A stretch of 64,000 nucleotides of DNA from Octopus vulgaris. Its lineage: Eukaryota. Location of the stretch: positions 95,108,001 to 95,172,000 of the forward strand of contig OX597818.1 of NCBI GenBank assembly GCA_951406725.2, given 5' to 3'. How positions within the stretch are numbered: position 1 is the first letter of the stretch; each line of letters opens with the position of its first letter. Below are positions 12,190-24,527 of the stretch, piece after piece. The notes under the pieces are model-generated. The model worked only from the letters and a program-made list of their open reading frames with translations, was not told the origin of the DNA and did not search any database. The translations under genes were made by a program, and so were the position numbers.

Positions 12190-15100
12190 TATCATCATCA
12201 TCATCATCATCATCATTTAACGTCCGCTTTCCATGCTAGCATGGGTTGGACGGTTCAACTGGGGTCTGGGGAGCCCGAAGGCTGCACCAGGCCAGTCAGA
12301 TCTGGCAGTGTTTCTACAGCTGGATGCCCTTCCTAACGCCAACCACTCCGAGAGTGTAGTGGGTGATTTTATGTGCCACCGACACAGGTGCCAGACGAGG
12401 CTGGCGAATGGCCACGCTCGGATGGTGTTTTTATGTGCCACCGACACAGGTGCCAGACGAGGCTGGCGAAGGGCCACGCTCGGATGGTGTTTTTATGTGC
12501 CACCGACACAGGTGCCAGACAAGGCTAGCAGACGACCACGCTCGGATGGTGTTTTTTATGTGCCACTGACACAGGAGCCAGATGAGGCTGGCGATCGGCC
12601 ACGATCGGATGGTGATTGTTACGTGCCCACAGCATGGAGGCCAGTCGGTGCGGTACTGGCTACGGCCACGTTCGGATGGTTTTCTTGTGTGCCACCGGCA
12701 CTGGTACCACAAAGATACAAATTCCAATTTTGATTTTGTTTGATTTTTTGATTTTCACTTGCCTCAACAGGTCTTCACAAGTGTCACAAGAAGGAAGGTA
12801 TGCACAGGTGGACTGACTACGTCCCAGGTAGGGGCCACGGGTTATGGCCTGACTAGTCTTGCCGGGTCTTCTCATGCACAGCATACTTCCATAGGTCTCG
12901 GTCTCTAGTCATTTCCTTGGTGAGACCTAAAGTTCAAAGGTCGTGCTTCACCACTTCGTCCCAGGTTTTCCTGGGTCTACCTCTTCCACAGGTTCCCTCA
13001 ACTGCTAGGGTGTAGCACTTTTGCACACAACTATCTTCAGCCATTCTCGTCATATGACCATACCAGCGCAGCCGTCTCTCTTGCACACCACAACTGACGC
13101 TTCTTAGGTTCAACTTTTCTCTCAAGGTACTTACACTCTGACGATTATGAACACTGACATTACACATCCATCGGAGCATACTGGCTTCATTTCTTGCGAG
13201 CTTACGCATATCCTCAGCAGTCACGGCCCATGTTTCACTACCATGTAGCATGGCTGTACGTACACATGCATCATACAGTCTGCCTTTTACTCTGAGCGAG
13301 AGGCCTTTTGTCACCAGCAGGGGTAAGAGCTCTCTAAACTTTGCCCAGGCTATTCTTACTCTAGCAGTTACACTTTCAGCACACCCACCCCCGCTACTGA
13401 CTTGGTCTCCTAGGTAGCGGAAGCTATCAACTACTTCTAGTTTGTCTCCCTGGAACGTGGTAGAAGTTGGTCTCTGCACATTTCTAGTGTTTATTTCTCC
13501 TGAGCATCTGCCACATACGAAAACTATCTTCCCAGTTAGCCTACCTTTGACATTGCTGCACCTCTTATGTGTCCATAGCTTACACTTGGTGCACCTTATA
13601 GAGTTTCTACCTACACCTTTTTTACAGATCGAGCAGGGCCATCTACCTGAAGTCGTTTGTGGTTGGTCCACCTTCCTACTTATTAGGACTTTGGTTTTGG
13701 CTAGGTTGATTCTAAGGCCCTTCGATTCTAATCCTTGTTTCCACACCTGAAACTTCTCCTCCAGTTCTGATAGTGACTCAGCAATTAGAGCAAGGTCATC
13801 AGTATAGAAGAGCTCTCAGGGGCATCCTGTCTTGAATTCTTCCATTATTGCCTAGAGGACTATGATAAATAGGAGGGGGCTGAGGACTGAACCTTGGTGG
13901 ACCCCAACCTCTACCCGGAATTCTTCACTGTACTCGTTGCCAACCCTCACCTTACTAGCAGCGTCTCTGTACATGGCTCGCACAGCTCTCACTAACCATT
14001 CATCTATCTCTAGTTTCCTCATTGACCACCAGATAAGGGATCGGGGGACCCTGTCAAAGGCTTTCTCCAAGTCAACAAAAGCCAGGTACAAGGGCTTACC
14101 TTTGGCTAGGTATTTCTCCTGCAGCTGTCTTACCAGGAATATAGCATCAGTAGTACTTTTCCCTGGCACGAACCCAAACTGCATATCATCTTAGCTAACT
14201 CTCTCTCTCTAATTAATTGGGCTATAACCCTCTCCGTAACCTTCATTACCTGATCCAACAGCTTGATGCCCCTGTAGTTATTTGTATCTAGGGCGTCACC
14301 TTTACCTTTGTAGCAGTTGACTATTATGCTGCTACACCAGTCATTGGGTATGACTCCTTCGTGTATCACCTGGTTAACTATACGGGTGACTATGCTATAG
14401 CCGACACTACCAGATATTTTGAGCATCTCTGCAGTAATTCCTGATGGGTTGGGGCTTTCCCTGTCTTCATGCTTCTAATTGCCTTAGCTACCAAGGAACT
14501 GTCAACTCGGATAGCTGGTCCCTCTGTTGGGTCAACATTCAGCAGACTCTCTTTATCCCATTCATTTTCCTCATTCAGCAACCTTTCATAGTGGCGTCTC
14601 CAAGCCTCTCTCTTTGCATCCTCATTTAGCGCAAGTGAACCGTCATCCTTGCGAACACATTTCTCTCCTACCACATCACGATTCTCTCTCACACACTGTC
14701 TTGCAACACGAAATACCTCAAGTCTTTCATCCTCACGGTGCAGGACATTGGCAAATTTTCTCTTATCTGCTTCCCCTCTGGCTAGATAGACCTGTCTCCT
14801 AGCTTCCCTTCTGGCAGTCTGATACACTTCCCTGCTACCACCATTCTTCCAGATCTGGTCAGTGGCTTTCAGCAGGTTGTCCCTCAGAAGCGCCCAGTTG
14901 TCTTCTACCCCATGCGTAGCTATACCCCCTTCCATTTCGTCAAAGGCTTCAAGTAACATGTCTCTAAATCTCTGTCCATTCGCAGGGTCTTTAAGCTTCC
15001 AGACCCTTCTTCTCCATGTTGGTCGTCTTCTAGTCGCCCTCTTAGTCCTGATCCTAAAGTCACTAACTACCAGTCTATGTTGTGGGGTGCATTCTTCGCC

Positions 15101-15527
15101 TGGGAAGGTTTTGGCATTTATAAGCAGCCATCTTTCCCTTTTTCTGGCAAGGATGTAGTCGATTTGGCTAGTATGCCGGCCCGATCGGTAGGTGACCAGG
15201 TGGCTTGTTGGTTTCCATAAGACTATTCGCATCGCAGAACTCCTGCAGCCTGGTTCCCTCCTCGTTGCGGGAACCATAACCGTAGCCTCCATGTACGCCA
15301 TGGAAGCCCCCAGCATGTCGTCCAACATGCCCATTGAAATCACCAGCCACAAAGAGAAGGTCCCTGTCGTTCGTCAATGAGGTGGTCAGCAGTAGGGTGT
15401 CATAGAAACTGTCTTTCTGTCCATCGGGTAGCCCTGGCTGAGGGGCATAGGCCGATATAATGGTTGCTAATCTATTATGAAGCACTATTCTAATCTTAAG
15501 TATTCTGTCACTTACTCTGATTACCTC
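12190..15527 (-). mobile_element. RTE-clade non-LTR retrotransposon, 5'-truncated, disrupted APE-RT ORF
   Basis: APE motifs SAYAPQ, AGDFNGHVG, SQIDYIL, PQHRLV; RT motifs NYRGIKLL, QFGFVPGKSTTDAIF, AFVDLEKAFDRV, GVHQGSVLSPLLF, LLYTDDL, FRYLG; C-term RGRPRKTW; (GAT)n tail; frameshifts, stops and internal deletion. Confidence 0.95.
12365..12710 (-). repeat. ~60-bp tandem repeats in RTE 3' region
   Basis: gtgccaccgacacaggtgccagacgaggctggcga..gccacgctcggatggtgtttttat, about 5-6 copies. Confidence 0.9.
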
Positions 15528-15562
15528 AATATTTATAAAAACTATAGGTTGCATACAAGTGG

Positions 15563-15697
15563 GTATATATTTATAAAAAAAGAAGTTTGAAAGTGCCACT
15601 ATATAAGATAAATTTTAATTTTCTTAGAAAATTTTGTAAGAAAATTAAAATTTATCTTATATAGTGGTGTTTTCAAACTTCTTTTTTATAAATATAT
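15563..15697. repeat. near-perfect ~130-bp palindrome
   Basis: gaagtttgaaagtgccactatataagataaattttaattttctta / taagaaaattaaaatttatcttatatagtggtgttttcaaacttc. Confidence 0.9.
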
Positions 15698-15715
15698 ATA
15701 TATAATCTGGCTTTA

Positions 15716-16050
15716 GGCATGGCTGTGTGGTAAGAAGCTTGCTTCCCAGTCACATGGTACCTTGGACAAGTGTCTTCTACTATAGCCTTCAGCCGACCAA
15801 ACCCTTGTGAGTCCATTGTATATGTTAATGTATGTATGTATTTATGTGTGTCTGTGTTTGTCCCCACCACCATTGCTTGACAACTGATGTTGGTTTGTTT
15901 ACATCTCCATAAGTTAACAGTTCAGCAAAAGAGACAAATAGAATGAGTACTAGGCTGACAAAGAATAAGTCCTGGGATTGATTTCTTCAACTAAAACCCT
16001 TTAGGGTGGTGGTCCAGCATGGCTACAGTCAAATGACTAAGACAAGTAAA
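15716..16050 (+). mobile_element. SINE family B (tRNA head plus CORE-like segment)
   Basis: ggctgtgtggtaagaagcttgct...accttggacaagtgtcttctactatagcc...gtcaaatgact; multi-copy in window. Confidence 0.85.
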
Positions 16051-16282
16051 ATAGAGATTTGTATTTTAAAAAATGGTGATAACACTAAAAGGAAAGAGTT
16101 ACGATTTCAACAGCTGGCTCCTTACAATTGGGTATTTGAATAACATGTTACACTTCAACTGAATGCATTTGCTGTATGCACACTGTAATCAGTCTGATGA
16201 TTGGAAATGTGAAATTCGAATAACCAGATAAGAAGTACCAGCTGTTACAATCATACACATGTACATATTCATGTTGTGTATG

Positions 16283-16322
<40 letters not shown>

Positions 16323-16780
16323 AAACAGCATTGATGGAGTCATAAACAGTGATAAAAGGAATATAACAACCAATTGATTGATTGGTTAAAATATTAGTCA
16401 TGAAATTAGTATACTAGCAAGCTAGAAAAAAAAAAAAAAAATGAAATGGATTGTTTTATTGGCACCTCCCCATAACTTAGCAGTAGTGGGGTGAACTCAT
16501 TTGACTAAAAATTCTTCAAGGCAATGCTCCAGTATGGCCATAGTCTATATACTGAAAAAAAAATAGGATATATATCTATATAAAAGGTAAGATATAGCTT
16601 TATAAATGATATATAAAAAAAAGTTGATATACAGAGAGATAGAGGTGGGGGTGAGAGAGATAATTATTTCAATGTCCACTTTTCAATGTTCGCATGGTTC
16701 AAAGGAACGGGCAGTACAAGTGAGTCACAAAGAATGTGATTGCAAAGCTAAATAACACAGCTAAGCTTATGTGTATGTAA

Positions 16781-16824
<44 letters not shown>

Positions 16825-16826
<2 letters not shown>

Positions 16827-17053
16827 GCGGCAAACTGGCAGAAACATTAGCACGCCGGGCAAAATGCGTAGCCATATTTCGTATGTCGTTACGTTCCGGA
16901 TTCAAATTCCGCCGTGGTCGACTTTGCCTTTCATCCTTTCAGGGTCGATAAATTAAGTACCAGTTACGCACTGGGGTCGATGTAATCAACTTAATCCTTT
17001 TGTCTGTCCTTGTTTGTCCCCTCTGTATTTAGCCCCTTGTGGGTAGTAAAGAA
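16825..17053 (+). mobile_element. SINE family A (Meta-like core), young copy
   Basis: A-box-like tggcagaaac, B-box-like ttcaaattcc, gcctttcatcctttcagggtcgataaattaagtacc core. Confidence 0.85.
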
Positions 17054-17840
17054 ATATATATATATAGGGATGTATGTATAAAGGAATACAAAAAAAATGG
17101 GACAAGAATGCAAAACATCCAGACAGCTAAATGATACAAAAAAGGGACAAGAAAAAACACGGATGGGTCATTCAAAGTTTTCTTTCCTCAGTTGAGTTCC
17201 AGATTATCTTTGCAATTTCGGCTGGTTATACTCAAGATTGCTCCAATCTGGCCAGCTCCAAGGAAAAAGTAAGCTAAGAGCACAAGATACCTTGGAAGTA
17301 AGTAGTGAATGTATATGAAAATAAGGATGGAAAAAAACGGAGAAATGTACACAAATACAAATGCAAATAACAGGACATAACAACAGATGTCTTTCGACTA
17401 AGGTTGAATTAAATTAAGCTGGCGTGTGTGGAAGTGAAGCCTTATGGCCAGGACATAGGAGATGACAGGCATGGTGAGGAATAAAGATGTTGCATGGATA
17501 GTAGTTGAACCAAGAAAGAAAGGTCAAGCTTGGCCAAACACCAGTCATGTGGAGAGAGAGGAGAGAGACAGAAGAAATAGGGAGGGATGAGAAAAAAAGA
17601 AAAATGGCAGTGAAGTGAAAGAGGAGGGAAGATGAGAATGAAGAGAAAGCTAGGAAATGTGAGAGAGGGGAAACGAAAGAACAAAGTAAGTGTGAAGGGG
17701 GCTGATAGAAAGAAAGAAAGAATGAAAGAATAAGAGAGTCGTACAAAATTTAGATATATATATTATATATACTTACACACACATATATGCTTATACATAC
17801 ATATATATATGTAAGTGTGGTGTGTTTGTATATGTAGTAA

Positions 17841-17884
<44 letters not shown>

Positions 17885-17887
<3 letters not shown>

Positions 17888-18105
17888 AAGGGCAATATTT
17901 CTCACCATTTGGTACAATGTGTTTTATTATGGTAGTTTTGACTTTAAGAGTCCCTCCTAGCATGAGGCATTTATGTATAGTAATGCCCTTAATATAAATA
18001 AATATATTTAAGAGGAATAATTGATGGATTTTTCCCTTATGAGGTTTTTCACGCTAACTACTTGATAAATTCTTATAAAGATTTTATCCTATTTTTCAAT
18101 TATAT
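17885..18105 (+). mobile_element. non-coding fold-back element in (TA)n, probably PLE-derived
   Basis: ttaagggcaata / taatgcccttaa arms; acgctaactacttgata...ttttatcct end shared with 59723-59763. Confidence 0.5.
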
Positions 18106-18179
18106 ATATAAATGCATAAATGTGTGTGTATATACAATCATATTTAACATATACATATACATGTACATTCATACATGGA

Positions 18180-18830
18180 AAGACGTTCATTGTGAATACT
18201 GAGAAGTCTGAATGCATTAATTAGAACAGCCAGCTCAATTCATTGAGTGGTACACTTCTGAAGAAAGTCGAATGGTTCACTAATCTTAAGAGTGCTATTT
18301 CATCCACCAAAGATGTATCTAGCTGCATAACAAAAGCATGGAATGCACAGGACAAATAAAGAATAATTTTGAAGTCTACACTGCCTGGACCCAATGAAAA
18401 GGAAATTCTTCAAAGCCATAATAAAATCAGTCGTTCTTTACAGTTGACCAACCTAGTCTCTGACTAAAAATATAGAAAGCTAGCTTGATGGAACCTATAC
18501 ACGTATGCTGCATGCTATCCTAAATTAATCATGGAAGCAATATCCAACGAAAGAAAAGCTTTGTGAAAATATCCCCAACATGTCAAAAATTCTAGAATGG
18601 AAGACAAGATGCACTTGTTACTGTTATCAAAGCAAGGATGAATTAATGAATGAGCTCCAATGGATCCTGAGCCATAGAAATTCTCTTGTTGAGTGACTAA
18701 GAATGATGCACATTGATCAACTCTTTCATTGTGTCAAGCTACAAATACAAGACTGCAAAATATCATGGAAAACAGGAATGCATAGAGAGAAAGAGTGGTT
18801 TTGATCTGGGCAACCCAACCAAAATGATAG
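18180..18830 (+). pseudogene. old RTE-type LINE fragment (post-RT region)
   Basis: LDGTYTRMLHAILN.SWKQYPT readable at 18484-18550; many stops. Confidence 0.55.
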
Positions 18831-19752
18831 ACAGACAGAAAGAAAGAAAGAAAGAAAGAAATTTATAACATTATGCCTTTCCTGAATTGTAAAGGATTAA
18901 CTGAGATTATTCAGCCTGGCTTTAAAGTGGCATGGAGGGGGGAACTCTATTCCTCCAATGTATTTCTATGTATGTGACAAGGTCATGTCCGTTTTTGAAA
19001 CTAAGGAATAATACACATGAACGCACACACGTATACAAATGCAAAAATAGAGATACTTGTATATACACATTTGTGTAAGTATATATTCATATGTATGTAC
19101 AAGTATATATGTACAAGTATATATGTTTGTGTGTGTGTGAGTGTGTGTATACACATAGACATAAATATATGAGTGTATTTATATATGCGTGTGTAAAGAT
19201 ACATATATGGAAATCTATAACTGAACACCATGTGTTAATAGATCAATATTGAGTGGGTGAAGTTTAGTATAGAGTTTAGTTTTTGTTATAACAAGATCAA
19301 TTGTGAGGCTGTTGGCTGGAACAAAACGAAGTTGTAGTATATGTGTTCTTGTTATTGTTGTTGTTTCAACATGGATTCAGGTATCAGTAAGGATATCCCT
19401 ATTAAATCAAAATGTGGAACCTAGCCACTTTACCTGAGGATTTTTGTTGTTCTTTTTATGAGGATGTTCAGGTTCCACATATAACATTCATTTCACTGGC
19501 AGATGGTGAAGATGTGTTGAGATGTACCCTCAACTAACAGGGAGGTGTATATATATATATATATATATATACAAATATTCTATAATTATAAATATAATTA
19601 TAATCAGGGGTCAGCTAATTGCTTCACCACACAGAATTTAGAAATAGGGGCTAAATGCCTTTTCTACTACCATAAAGATCTCCCAAACAGGAAGCAGTAA
19701 CACAGTTTTTATGTAGGTAAAAAGAAAAAATAACGAATCTACACTCAGATTA

Positions 19753-19820
19753 GCTACATATGCATTTCGAGATTAAAGTAAAGTTATATTTACTTACTTA
19801 TTTCTCATCTTTAGTGCAGC
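19753..19820 (-). ncRNA. degenerate hammerhead ribozyme motif
   Basis: GCUGCA-CUaAAGA-U-GAGA..UCUC-GAAA-UGCA-UA-UGUAGC; 6-bp stem I, palindromic stem III, G5A substitution. Confidence 0.6.
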
Positions 19821-20104
19821 ATTTCAAAATATAAATTTGTGAGTGTTAGGATTAAATATGTTCATGATCAAGCACCATCGCATAACTGATATTCAACCAA
19901 CACTTCCAAAAATATACAGCTAAATGTGAACACATATTTATCCTCAATATCCACGTGTGTGTTACAAACAATCCTACAGAAGCTGCAGTTTTCAATCAGG
20001 GAGTAAATTATAATTTTAATAATAATTAAAGGTAAATTTAATTAATTAAGTAATCAATTAATTAATTAATAATTAATAATTTTACCAAATAATCTGAGTC
20101 GTGT

Positions 20105-20390
20105 TCATTCATTGCTTGCAAATTCCAAGTGTGGCCGCACCGTAGCCATATACAGCCTTAAATAGATAGCTGGAGGGCAGCTGACAAAGGTCTTGATGAG
20201 TGATGTCAAGACACCCTTGGCCATCTTTTTGACAATTTTAGAGACGTGCCATATCCAGTGCAAATTGCTGCTGATAGTAATGCCCAGGTCACATTCACAA
20301 GAAGATTTCTTGATATTAGTGTTGTGGAGAGAGCATGTGGATGCTGGGTTTTTCCTCCCAAAGTGCTCAGTGGTACACTTGTCCACAGCT
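20105..20390 (-). pseudogene. CR1/L2-type LINE fragment (RT C-terminal region)
   Basis: ECDLGITISSNLHW..HVSKIVKK...LY..TVRPHLEFAS. Confidence 0.75.
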
Positions 20391-20444
20391 AATGTGTGTG
20401 TGTGTGTGTACACACATAAAATGTATGTATATATATATATACAC

Positions 20445-20655
20445 ATACAGAAAAGTTCTTGGCTTTAAGGGTGTCACAAAAGGCCTGGTTGGAGGCTCAA
20501 CCTTCCAAGTTCTTTTACAGGTCTTAGAAAAACTGAAGGACTCCTTACAATAAGAATGTGAATCTGAGAGGGGAATATATTGAATAAAATCATAATTAAC
20601 TGATCCTCTGGTATTTGCTTTTACTCAAAGCCAGGAGCTTTTCAGCACCCCTGCA
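20445..20655 (+). mobile_element. internally deleted mariner derivative
   Basis: aaaagttcttggcttt / aaagccaggagcttttcagcacccc TIR-like ends; CVNLRGEYIE* mariner C-terminus. Confidence 0.6.
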
Positions 20656-21744
20656 TTTGTATACACACACACACACACATACACACACACACACACACAC
20701 ATACATACATACATATATGATGTACACATAAAACATAAACAGCACAACTTGAAGTATTACTAAATCTTCTATTTCTACCAATAACAACTCAAAAGTTAGA
20801 TATATTGTCATGTATATTTTTAATATTTCATTACCAGAATACAAATAAATACATTCCAAGAGAGAGGTATAAATTGACTCAGTCAACAAGGACAATGGGG
20901 TGTGGATTTGTCCAAAGGAGTTGCAGAACAGAACCATGTATTTTACATTTTCCAGATAAAAAGATGTAAGTAATTGTTTAAATAAATAATTTACAAAGGC
21001 AGATTAATGTGGGTAATTTTATGTCACATTATGTTGGGTTAGATGTCATGAGAGATGAGGTCATCTATAATCAGAGGTAAGTAGTGGCCTTGTATAAATC
21101 ACCTGATAGGTTTTGTTCTATGCATGTGTGTGTGTGTGCATATATATTTGTGTTTGTGTGCATGTTCACATGTAAGAGGATCTTTTCTGTTCGGATGCCA
21201 CTTTTCGGTTTCTTCAGTTTTTGTTCCAATTGATTTCATATTCGGTGTTTTGTTGTACTTTTGCATGATAATCATTGACATGAAATAAAAATTAAATAGC
21301 TTTTAAAGTTTACAAATTTGGGATAATTTTAGCCAATTGAGAGCCACAGACATACAGGCACCTGCTTCCATACTAACAAGCCAAGCTGTTATCAAACTGC
21401 TTACCCCTCTGCTGTGGTCCTGTGAATTCACATGGTCATTTTTCTTTATTAAATTCTTAAAATATGAGGTATGATGTGTTCGTGAGATGTGCAAAAGTAA
21501 TAGTTAAATAGGCCTTAAATCATGCACCAAAAAAACTTTAAAAGTTCAACAGGTGTAGCCAAATAGAAAAGATCCTGTAAGAGTGCATACATGCATGCAT
21601 TTATTTATAATATACACATATATAGTTTACTAAAAGCAAACATTTATCCTGTGACTCAACCTTCAGGTCAACTCAATATTCAGGTACCTGAATATCACAA
21701 TGACATGAAACTCTAGTGGCAAGATAAAATCTTCAATATACATA

Positions 21745-21746
21745 TG

Positions 21747-21791
<45 letters not shown>

Positions 21792-21863
21792 TTGTGTGTG
21801 TGTGTGTATGCGTGTGTATATATATATATATACACACACACACACATACATACACACACACAC

Positions 21864-21954
<91 letters not shown>

Positions 21955-21962
21955 TATATATG
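21745..21962. repeat. compound (TA)n/(TG)n/(CA)n microsatellite
   Basis: direct inspection. Confidence 0.95.
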
Positions 21963-22250
21963 CACATCAAAATATACAGTGTTATAGATCCATTTCAGCC
22001 AATCATACCTATCAGTTTTGCACTGGGTATTAAATAACCAGATATTTGATAAAAGGATAGTTAACTTACACCATGTGCTCTTCAGATATGGCAGGGTTCA
22101 TATTTGAAGGACTAACTATCCTAATATCCAGTCATCTATTGACAAATATACAAGTGTGTATTTCTTCAGACTAACATGGATTTCGTCTACAGTATGTACT
22201 ATAGCTAAAAGGAGAGCTGTTTCTTATGTGCACATGTGTGTGTGTGTGTG

Positions 22251-22290
<40 letters not shown>

Positions 22291-22294
<4 letters not shown>

Positions 22295-22645
22295 TCATCA
22301 TCATCATCATCATCATCATTTAACATCTGCTTTCCATGCTAGCATAGGTTGGATGATTTGACTGAGGTCTGGCGAACCAGATGGCTGCACCAGATTCCAA
22401 TCTGATCTGGCAGAGTTTCTGGATGCCCTTCCTAATGCCAACTACTCTGAGAGTGTAGTGGGTGCTTTTACCTGCCACCAGCACAAGGGCCAGTCAGGCG
22501 CTACTGGCAACAGCCACGCTCAAATGATGCTTTTTATGTGCCACCTGCACAGGAGCCAGTCCAGTGGCACTGGCAATGACCTCGCTCGAATATTTTGTTC
22601 ACATGCCACCAGCACAAGTGCCAGTAAGGCGTCACAGGTAACAAT
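22291..22645 (-). mobile_element. RTE-associated 3' module with (GAT)n tail
   Basis: homologous to 12190-12700 including about 3 diverged 60-bp units. Confidence 0.85.
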
Positions 22646-22650
22646 CACAG

Positions 22651-22695
<45 letters not shown>

Positions 22696-22703
22696 ATATG
22701 TGC

Positions 22704-22743
<40 letters not shown>

Positions 22744-22759
22744 ATATAGCATCCCAGAG

Positions 22760-23720
22760 AGACACATTTGGTCTTTGAAAGAAAGTGCCACAGAGTAGAA
22801 CATAAAGTGGAAGATCCTGGAGAAATGTAAACTGTACTTCAATAGCAGCAGGAAGTGCAGGTTATGCCTGGCTGAGAAGAGAGGGATTTTAAAGGGTACC
22901 CAGCACCTGGATATTTACCTGACTAGCAGAAATAAAGTGTTCAACTCTTGCCCACATCAAATGAAGTACATCTTATCATACCTGCGCATCCCACCATGAC
23001 TACAACCACCAGTCCACCAACCTCAGCTTTCCACCAATACTCTTGAGCATTGCAAAGAGCTTGGTGAGAGCATACACAAATGCACCCATATACATACATA
23101 TACACACCAACGACCCACACACATACGTGCACACCCCAACAAGGCAGACACCTACCAAATAGACCATCTTCCACCCCACCCCACCCAACACATATCACTA
23201 CACACATATTGTACCCCCACATATATAACCCCCCCACACACACACACACATTGTACCCCTACACACCACACACTAACATAAAGCCCAATGACCTTAGCCA
23301 ATACAGAAAGAAAACAGACTAATGAACACAATTATTATTATATTTACCTACACCCATGGAAAAAACTATACCTATGACACCAATACACATATCCCATTCC
23401 CATAGGAGCACTACACTAAATAACGCACACATTTTCCACAAACACTTCAAGATAACTCTGACCGGTTTTATAGTGAATCCAACCAAGGGACATAACTCCT
23501 AACCTAATCCCCTGCTCATTTTTATTTCACTATATTTTCACAGCAACTGCAAACCGAAAGTATCTATTCACTTCCACCAATAGAGAGCAGTTACCATATT
23601 CCTTTCCAAATGAACTAACTCTGATGAGTGTAAAGTTATATAATCGGCTTGTATTCCTTATGCAAAACTGGTTTGTAAGATCAGCCATGATGGACATATA
23701 ATATTGTACTTTCCAGATAA
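22760..23720 (+). mobile_element. Penelope-like element remnant (Naiad-type GIY-YIG C-terminus plus pLTR with hammerhead)
   Basis: 22763-22999 reads HIWSLKE...IKWKILEKCKLYFNSSRKCRLCLAEKRGIL...SRNKVFNSCPHQMKYIL; C/A-rich UTR; hammerhead motif at 23615-23679. Confidence 0.75.
23615..23679 (+). ncRNA. degenerate hammerhead ribozyme motif
   Basis: CUAACU-CUGAUGA-GUGUAAAG..CCUUAUGC-aAAA-CUGG-UU-UGUAAG; G12A substitution; same family as 47017-47103. Confidence 0.6.
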
Positions 23721-23730
23721 CATACATACA

Positions 23731-23765
<35 letters not shown>

Positions 23766-23888
23766 GTGTGTGAAAACACACACATTTATGTGTGCATATA
23801 TGTACTGATATGTGTACAAATTTATATATAAATATATATCTGTGAGCATGTGAGTGTGCTGTGTATGTTCCAGCGTGTGTGAATGAAT

Positions 23889-23924
<36 letters not shown>

Positions 23925-24527
23925 AAGTAGCTGGTCAATTTAATGGTCTTAAGGTCAATAGTTCATTTTTTGTCAATGCCATGCCAATTTATCCTTAACT
24001 CATATATGACTTTCACCTGATAGAGAATAAATTCAATATGGAGGTAAAAGTTTTAGAAGATAAAGCTTATTTTGGATTAGCGAGAGACACCAGAAAGTTC
24101 CAGAAAGTTTCAGAAATATCTCAAGATTTTAGAGGTTGAGTTCTAGTGGCAAATGATGCAGCTTGATCAGGTATATAGTGTCAAAGTCACAAGTTGGTAT
24201 TTGATACATTTGGCTATTTGAAGTACACCAGTTTGAAGTGAGAACCTAGCAGATTGTTCACATGCCAGCAAGAGATGTGGATGAAGGCTAAGCTGAATGA
24301 GACCTCAGCTGACTAGATAGGAAATGGTTAAAGCTCTTTAAATGATTTGTTCATTTTCTAAGAGAAATAATGGAGTTGTATTATATCTGTGGCCCATGTC
24401 ATGATGTGTGTTGTAGTGTCATCTAAGAGAAGACAGAAGTAAAGAAAGAACAAAGAGAATAGAGATGAGGAGAAATAGTTGTGATAAGAAAGGCTTGATT
24501 TGCTGCAGAGCTGATGTAACAATGTTT

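Noticed and set aside
12365-12710. CRISPR-like repeat array
   Set aside because: Units are contiguous tandem repeats without unique spacers, lie in a LINE 3' region of eukaryotic DNA, and no cas genes are present.
16190-16228. Hammerhead-like CUGAUGA...GAAAUUCGAAUA
   Set aside because: Stem III is palindromic, but stems I and II do not pair convincingly; at best a very decayed copy.
17085-17745. Possible PLE pLTR with ribozyme on the minus strand
   Set aside because: There is a hairpin followed by GAAA, but no acceptable CUGANGA in register; family not identifiable by eye.
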